Part shown: positions 54,731 to 64,000 of the stretch, one piece after another
How positions within the stretch are numbered: the stretch's first letter is position 1
Layout of the letters: every line of letters starts with the position of its first letter
Assembly: GCA_028286905.1 (NCBI GenBank)
Contig: JAQBQP010000002.1
Span: forward strand, 309,458-373,457
Reading direction: 5' to 3'
DNA from: Candidatus Doudnabacteria bacterium
GTDB lineage: Bacteria > Patescibacteriota > Doudnabacteria > UBA920 > VMFF01
Length of the DNA stretch: 64,000 nucleotides
The notes under the pieces: generated by a model
What the model saw: only the letters and a program-made list of their open reading frames with translations
What the model was told of the DNA's origin: nothing
The model's database searches: none
Position numbers and translations under genes: made by a program

Positions 54731-55579
54731 ATGACTAAGCGCATTCGTAATTTACTGTTGGCGCTGTCTGCCTGCTTCACGGTTCTAACGCCAGTCTCGG
54801 CATTCGCTCAGCGCGTCTACGTTCAGTCGAATATTCCTCCATTCGAGATCAACGGGTATATCTCGCTGGACGGCAGCAACTCGCTAACCAAGGGCGACAC
54901 CGCAACTGGACAGCTCGAAGGATTCATCGCGTTCCCGTTCAAGGAGAGCCTCGGCGCTTTCGCGAAGGTCCGTGCAGCTACCACCAATTCCAACGGCCGC
55001 TACTTTCGGACAATGGGTGGCATCGTCTTTGCTTTTGGCGACCAGGCCCAATTCGGGTTTGGCGGCGGCGAAGAGTTCCGAAACCGCAATTCTTCGGATA
55101 CGTGCGAGCGAGACACCCGTTTCACCTACAGCAACAACTACTGCTACGGCAGTAACTACGGTGGGTTCGATCGCAGCGCAGATGTCGTGATGGCCTACAT
55201 CTATACTCACGACAAGAACAGCCACTTTCGCGGCTCAGTGGAGGTTTCCCGGCTGAACGGCTATTACGGCTACAGCTATTCGTACAGCACGTACGACAGC
55301 AGGAATTCGTACGGCAGTTATTACGAACAGCCTGACGCCTACTATTATGACGCCGAATACATGTTCGCGATGTTTGGCACCGACCGCAACGGAACATCGC
55401 TGGGTGCAATGGCTCGGCGTCATACCGGCGTCGGCCCAAAGATCACGCTGAACATGGACAACTTCGTAATCGGCGCATTCGCAGGGTGGGACGCCGAACG
55501 TCCACAGCTGAACCCCGGCCACTCCACTGGCGCGGACAACCGGATGATTCTCTCAGTAAGCGCGATGCTTCGGCTGTAG
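54731..55579 (+). CDS. GC-rich secreted protein with beta-barrel-like pattern
   Basis: AAGAGGT SD; signal peptide ending AFA-Q; alternating Gly/aromatic strands; C-terminal ILSVSAMLRL. Confidence 0.7.
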   Translation: MTKRIRNLLLALSACFTVLTPVSAFAQRVYVQSNIPPFEINGYISLDGSNSLTKGDTATGQLEGFIAFPFKESLGAFAKVRAATTNSNGRYFRTMGGIVFAFGDQAQFGFGGGEEFRNRNSSDTCERDTRFTYSNNYCYGSNYGGFDRSADVVMAYIYTHDKNSHFRGSVEVSRLNGYYGYSYSYSTYDSRNSYGSYYEQPDAYYYDAEYMFAMFGTDRNGTSLGAMARRHTGVGPKITLNMDNFVIGAFAGWDAERPQLNPGHSTGADNRMILSVSAMLRL

Positions 55580-55611
55580 CGCACGTTGTCGAGCAGATTG
55601 TGATGTCTCTG

Positions 55612-55643
55612 AACAGAGCACTTTGAAAGAAGTGCTCTGTTTT
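55612..55643 (+). terminator. intrinsic terminator
   Basis: AACAGAGCACTT...AAGTGCTCTGTTTT. Confidence 0.85.
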
Positions 55644-55667
55644 GATTTAGTCACTAAGCTTTATTTA

Positions 55668-55696
55668 TTGACGTTTTAAATTGCTAAGTATAAAAT
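55668..55696 (+). promoter_or_regulatory. sigma70 promoter
   Basis: TTGACG-17-TAAAAT. Confidence 0.65.
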
Positions 55697-55726
55697 AGCA
55701 AAGTACCAAACCCATACGGAGGTTGT

Positions 55727-56164
55727 ATGCTTTGTATACAGAACGGTAGTGCTGAAGACCGGGTTAGCCTGGCTGCGTCCATCCGCATCGGAATACGGAT
55801 GGACGTGGTGACCGAAGGCAAGGAAGCCTATCTCTACCGACCCTCGGTTGATATCGATAGGTACTGCGGCTGTGCGATGTTGATCGGCGCGGTAGGAAGC
55901 GTGGGAAACCTCGAAGAAACGATTTGTCGTTTCCGCACTGGCTGTCCGGGCAACCCGATCGATCGACTATCGCGAATCGTGGGGATTCCGAATGAGCTCG
56001 GACGAGAGGTGGAGCACCATCATCGTCTAGGCGTTAGCGCCTTCGAGATCGCGGAAGCGCTTGATTCGACACCTGTCGCCGCCAGAAACCTCACCCAGAA
56101 CAACGGCTTCGGTGGTATCACGGACTTGAGCCAACTGGGTTCACACGACCTGGCTTCAGCCTAG
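55727..56164 (+). CDS. GC-rich hypothetical protein
   Basis: GGAGGT SD, own promoter and terminator. Confidence 0.65.
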   Translation: MLCIQNGSAEDRVSLAASIRIGIRMDVVTEGKEAYLYRPSVDIDRYCGCAMLIGAVGSVGNLEETICRFRTGCPGNPIDRLSRIVGIPNELGREVEHHHRLGVSAFEIAEALDSTPVAARNLTQNNGFGGITDLSQLGSHDLASA

Positions 56165-56190
56165 GTTCAACCGTCTCGTATACAGAAAGC

Positions 56191-56229
56191 AAATACGCCG
56201 CCCTCTGAGATAAGAGAGCGGCGTATTTT
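56191..56229. terminator. bidirectional terminator
   Basis: AAATACGCCGC...GCGGCGTATTTT. Confidence 0.85.
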
Positions 56230-56250
56230 GTTATTCGAGGGTGGACCTTC

Positions 56251-60802
<4,552 letters not shown>

Positions 60803-60811
60803 ATATAAAGT

Positions 60812-62383
60812 TTAGTAATAAGTGCATCCGTCCGCGGTACATAAGTAACCCTTCTTACCTGTTGGTGGGGTTTCTAAAGAGCTTTGTAGGGCAAAACCAT
60901 CTCTGGTAGGAGTAACGGAGTAAACATAGTCCTGATGTGTGGACGGGTCTAACGGCACATCGCTGATATATTTAGGTGCCAGATCCGTTTTCCAACTAGC
61001 TTGTAACGGATAAATTTTTTGATCAGGAGTGTTTTGATCAGCGTTATCGGAGGAATAATTTTCCAGCAAAGAAGCAATCTGCTCTAAATCGGCTTTACGT
61101 TGACTATCTCTCTGAATAACCTGTTCTTTGTTATAGGTGGTGGTGGCATTCTTAGCGCTAATTGAAATCGCTTGATTTTGCGTTTCAGAATAGTAACCAA
61201 GTTTGAAATCAGTTCCATTTGAAAGCACGGTGTAATTGTAAATAAATGGAGCAACGTTCTTTGGATCGGTGGTATTTATTGCTTGGTTTTGAATTAAAGG
61301 TTTGATTAGCTTAATCATTTCATCAAAAGTTGTGACGTTCGGATATTTAGAGTTACTTTGTTGATATTGTAATAATGCAAAGCTAATCTGTTTGATTGTA
61401 TCCGCTCTTTGAGTATCGCGATCCAATGCATCAGCTTGATTTGTAGGAGGAGAAATTACAATTAATCCACTTGGTTTGCCAAAATTCGTATAGAAATCTA
61501 CCAGGGCCTGGCCAATCGTTGTGATAGTAGGTTCATGTAAACCAAACTTTGCAATGTTAGCTGCGATTGTCGCTAAGTCTGCGTCCGTAAAAAGTTTTGA
61601 GCTAGTAGCGTTGTATTTTGTTTTTAATTCAACTGAATCTGGGTATTTCAAATTTCCTGAAGTATCGGCGTTTTGCGCATTAGTTGCAAAGATATTTACC
61701 TCGTCGCCGTCAGCTATACCATCCTTATCGCTATCAGCATTATTCGGGTCGGTTTGCCCTTGATATTCTTGAAGATTAGTTAAGCCATCATGGTCGGGAT
61801 CCGCCGCATCACCACAAACTGAATCGTCTACACAGGTATTACTATTAAAGTATTTCAATCTCCACTCCTTAGGGATTTGAGAAATCACCACAGGAGTTAT
61901 CGTGTCGCTAGAGTTATCTGGAATGGTTGAAGTGGTGTTTTCAGGAACATTAGTATTTGTGCTTACTGAACTGACAGCGGATTTTTTGTAGACTCCAAAA
62001 TAAGCATAGGCTGCGCCGCCAATAATTAACAAGCCGATAAGCGCCGCTAAGCCGATCCAAATATATTTTCTTTTTGTACCAGCCGGGTGCAGATTAAAGG
62101 AATTATCGTTGGCGTTTAAATTTGGGTCCTTTTCTACTAAATCTTCACGAGTCATTGTTGTTTCAGGTCTTTCTGCAAGAACTGGGGCAGCATAAGGCGC
62201 TGGAGTTGGTAATGGATTAATCAAAGACTTTGCCGGCTGTGCTGTAGAGGAGGTTGTAGCTACAGGTACTGGCACAGTTGGACGCACAAGCGGTGCTCCG
62301 CCAGATTTAAAATTGCCTCGAGGCATCGTTTTATAAACCAGGTCGTCAACATTGTTTGTATTTTGTGGTTCTTTTAGGTCCAT
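60812..62383 (-). CDS. membrane-anchored surface protein with Ca-binding DxDxDG repeats and two pilin-head-like domains
   Basis: single TM; DPDHDGLTN.QE, DSDKDGIADGDE; RDTQR...YP and RDSQRKADL...YP...P.DP. Confidence 0.7.
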   Translation of the reverse strand: MDLKEPQNTNNVDDLVYKTMPRGNFKSGGAPLVRPTVPVPVATTSSTAQPAKSLINPLPTPAPYAAPVLAERPETTMTREDLVEKDPNLNANDNSFNLHPAGTKRKYIWIGLAALIGLLIIGGAAYAYFGVYKKSAVSSVSTNTNVPENTTSTIPDNSSDTITPVVISQIPKEWRLKYFNSNTCVDDSVCGDAADPDHDGLTNLQEYQGQTDPNNADSDKDGIADGDEVNIFATNAQNADTSGNLKYPDSVELKTKYNATSSKLFTDADLATIAANIAKFGLHEPTITTIGQALVDFYTNFGKPSGLIVISPPTNQADALDRDTQRADTIKQISFALLQYQQSNSKYPNVTTFDEMIKLIKPLIQNQAINTTDPKNVAPFIYNYTVLSNGTDFKLGYYSETQNQAISISAKNATTTYNKEQVIQRDSQRKADLEQIASLLENYSSDNADQNTPDQKIYPLQASWKTDLAPKYISDVPLDPSTHQDYVYSVTPTRDGFALQSSLETPPTGKKGYLCTADGCTYY

Positions 62384-62400
62384 ATTTTTATTTTAGTAAA

Positions 62401-63429
62401 CTAAAATTGATTAAGAAAACGTAAATCATTTTCAGCAAAAAGCCTGATGTCTGGAATCGAATATTTCATCAAAGCAAGCCTGCTTAAGCCGAAACCAAAT
62501 GCGAATCCGGTATATTCGCCTTGTTTATAACCGCTAGCCGCAAGAACTTTTTGATGAATCATACCGCAACCAAAAACTTCAACCCAACCAGTCTGTTTGC
62601 ATACGGAACAACCCTTACCTTTACAAACAAGGCAAGAAATAAAACCTTCTGCCGCCGGCTCAACGAAAGGAAAATATGAAGGAAGTAACTTGGTTTGAAC
62701 GTCTTTGCCAAAAACCTCTTTCATTACATAATCCAAGGTCCAAGCCATATTCGCGTAAGAAACATTTTTTCCAACCACAAATCCTTCCATGTATTGATAG
62801 GTATGTTCATGGGAAGCGTCTAGGCTCTCGTTTCTAAAAACTCTGCCCGGTAAAACCACTGAGAATGGGGGCTTATGTTTTTCCATGTAGCGTACCTGCA
62901 TATTAGAAATATGCGTCCGCAAAACAATATTTTTACCAGGATGTTTTTTTGGATGCTCGATGTCCATATAGAAAGTGTCCTGCATATCTCTAGCCGGGTG
63001 GTCTTCAGGAATGTTTAGAGCTTCAAAGTTGTAATAATCACTCTCAATTTCCGGCCCAAGTTGAACATCAAAACCCAAACCAAAGAAAATGTCTTCAATT
63101 TCTTTTTGTAACTGAGAAATTGGATGCATATGCCCCACCTCGGGCTTTATTGCTGGAATGCTTAAATCCACAAAAACATTTTTTTCTGTTAAAGTTTTCT
63201 CTTTTTCTGCCAATGTTTCTTCAATTTTTCTTTTAAGTTCGTTCAAAGAACCGCCAAATTCTTTCTTTTTTTCGATGCTCCAATTTTTTAGATCTTCAAA
63301 AAGCAAAGTAATTAAGCCTTCTTTTCGGCCCAGATACTTAGTTTTAATGTTCTGCAAAGAGCTTCCGTCTGCTATATTAGAAAGATCATGCTCAAATTCG
63401 TTTTGTAGTTTTTTTAAAGTATCAAGCAT
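62401..63429 (-). CDS. pheS: phenylalanine-tRNA ligase alpha subunit
   Basis: HPARDMQDTFY, YFPFVEP, GFAFG.G..R. Confidence 0.96.
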   Translation of the reverse strand: MLDTLKKLQNEFEHDLSNIADGSSLQNIKTKYLGRKEGLITLLFEDLKNWSIEKKKEFGGSLNELKRKIEETLAEKEKTLTEKNVFVDLSIPAIKPEVGHMHPISQLQKEIEDIFFGLGFDVQLGPEIESDYYNFEALNIPEDHPARDMQDTFYMDIEHPKKHPGKNIVLRTHISNMQVRYMEKHKPPFSVVLPGRVFRNESLDASHEHTYQYMEGFVVGKNVSYANMAWTLDYVMKEVFGKDVQTKLLPSYFPFVEPAAEGFISCLVCKGKGCSVCKQTGWVEVFGCGMIHQKVLAASGYKQGEYTGFAFGFGLSRLALMKYSIPDIRLFAENDLRFLNQF

Positions 63430-63805
63430 GAGGGTTAGCTGAAAGAAAAAATCCTTCCAGCATTATTAATGTAATTATAAAAATTATTTCCAACCACCAA
63501 TATAAAAGCTGGTGTGCTGACAAAATTAGCGATCCGACAATTAGCAGGGTCAGCCAGATTGACTGTCGAAACGAAGTGGACATTCTCTGAGAGTGCAGAC
63601 CTTCGTTTTTTTTGCCCCTAAACTGATAAAGAATTAAGGCACAGAAGCTAAAAATGCACGCCGCCAAACATAGATAAAATAAAACTAGCAAAAAAGCAGA
63701 AAGCTGTAGCGGGTCCGAAGTAAAAAAGAAAATCAAAGTAAAGATTAAAAAGATTACACCTACTACAAATATGGAGAGCAGTTGATTTCTAATGTTTTGA
63801 AGCAT
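63422..63805 (-). CDS. four-TM hypothetical membrane protein
   Basis: hydrophobic ORF overlapping the pheS start. Confidence 0.7.
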   Translation of the reverse strand: MLQNIRNQLLSIFVVGVIFLIFTLIFFFTSDPLQLSAFLLVLFYLCLAACIFSFCALILYQFRGKKNEGLHSQRMSTSFRQSIWLTLLIVGSLILSAHQLLYWWLEIIFIITLIMLEGFFLSANPHA

Positions 63806-63840
63806 GGCTTATAGCTAGATTATACCATATTTATGCCTAT

Positions 63841-64000
63841 TTAATCCAATTCGGAAAACTCGCAGTCATGCTGGATCTTTGCATCAAGCTGCTTAAAGGT
63901 ATTATGGGCTACCGCATGGCGAATATCCTCAATCGTTTGCAACAAGCTTGCCTTTAACTCTTCAATCTCTTCAGTGGTCCCTAGCAATGGTTCGGATTTA
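63841..64000 (-). CDS. 3' end of a CDS truncated by the window edge
   Basis: open frame ...KSEPLLGTTEEIEELKASLLQTIEDIRHAV...HDCEFSELD*; function not assignable. Confidence 0.55.
   Translation of the reverse strand, partial: KSEPLLGTTEEIEELKASLLQTIEDIRHAVAHNTFKQLDAKIQHDCEFSELD

Overview
AT-rich bacterial chromosome segment in the standard genetic code (UGA is stop; prfB keeps its CUU-UGA +1 frameshift). Gene content and style (compact operons, VirB2-like pilin fusions, leaderless starts, scrambled r-protein operons) suggest a Patescibacteria/CPR genome, which is an inference. Housekeeping genes include tRNA-Gln(CUG), tag, engB, a DEAD helicase, two def copies, fmt, rarA, trhO, gltX, iscS-nifU-fdx, rpmA, pyrG, rplI, ftsEX, prfB, a dcd-dut-kinase-kinase-tmk-thyX cluster, rplA/rplK/nusG/secE, gyrB and pheS/pheT. 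Genes run mostly + before ~23.5 kb and mostly - after it, converging on a ~1 kb poorly coding gap with an 11-6-11 palindromic dif-like site (23798-23825), so the window probably spans the replication terminus. To the right of that site, two ~78-bp degenerate repeats (26983-27061, 27374-27449) end in the same GCTACA spacer plus a dif-like right arm. They delimit integrase-free cargo segments, a candidate Xer/dif-targeted cassette array. The first segment carries a PHP-phosphoesterase/ABC-ATPase gene plus a small partner ending in an SSB-tail mimic (EDEIRIEDIPF), a candidate defence system. Separately, a class of GC-rich orphan units with -35/17 bp/-10 promoters, SD sites and their own terminators (including a solo ParB and a beta-barrel-like protein) contrasts with leaderless housekeeping genes. 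All calls come from reading motifs by eye; no searches were run.
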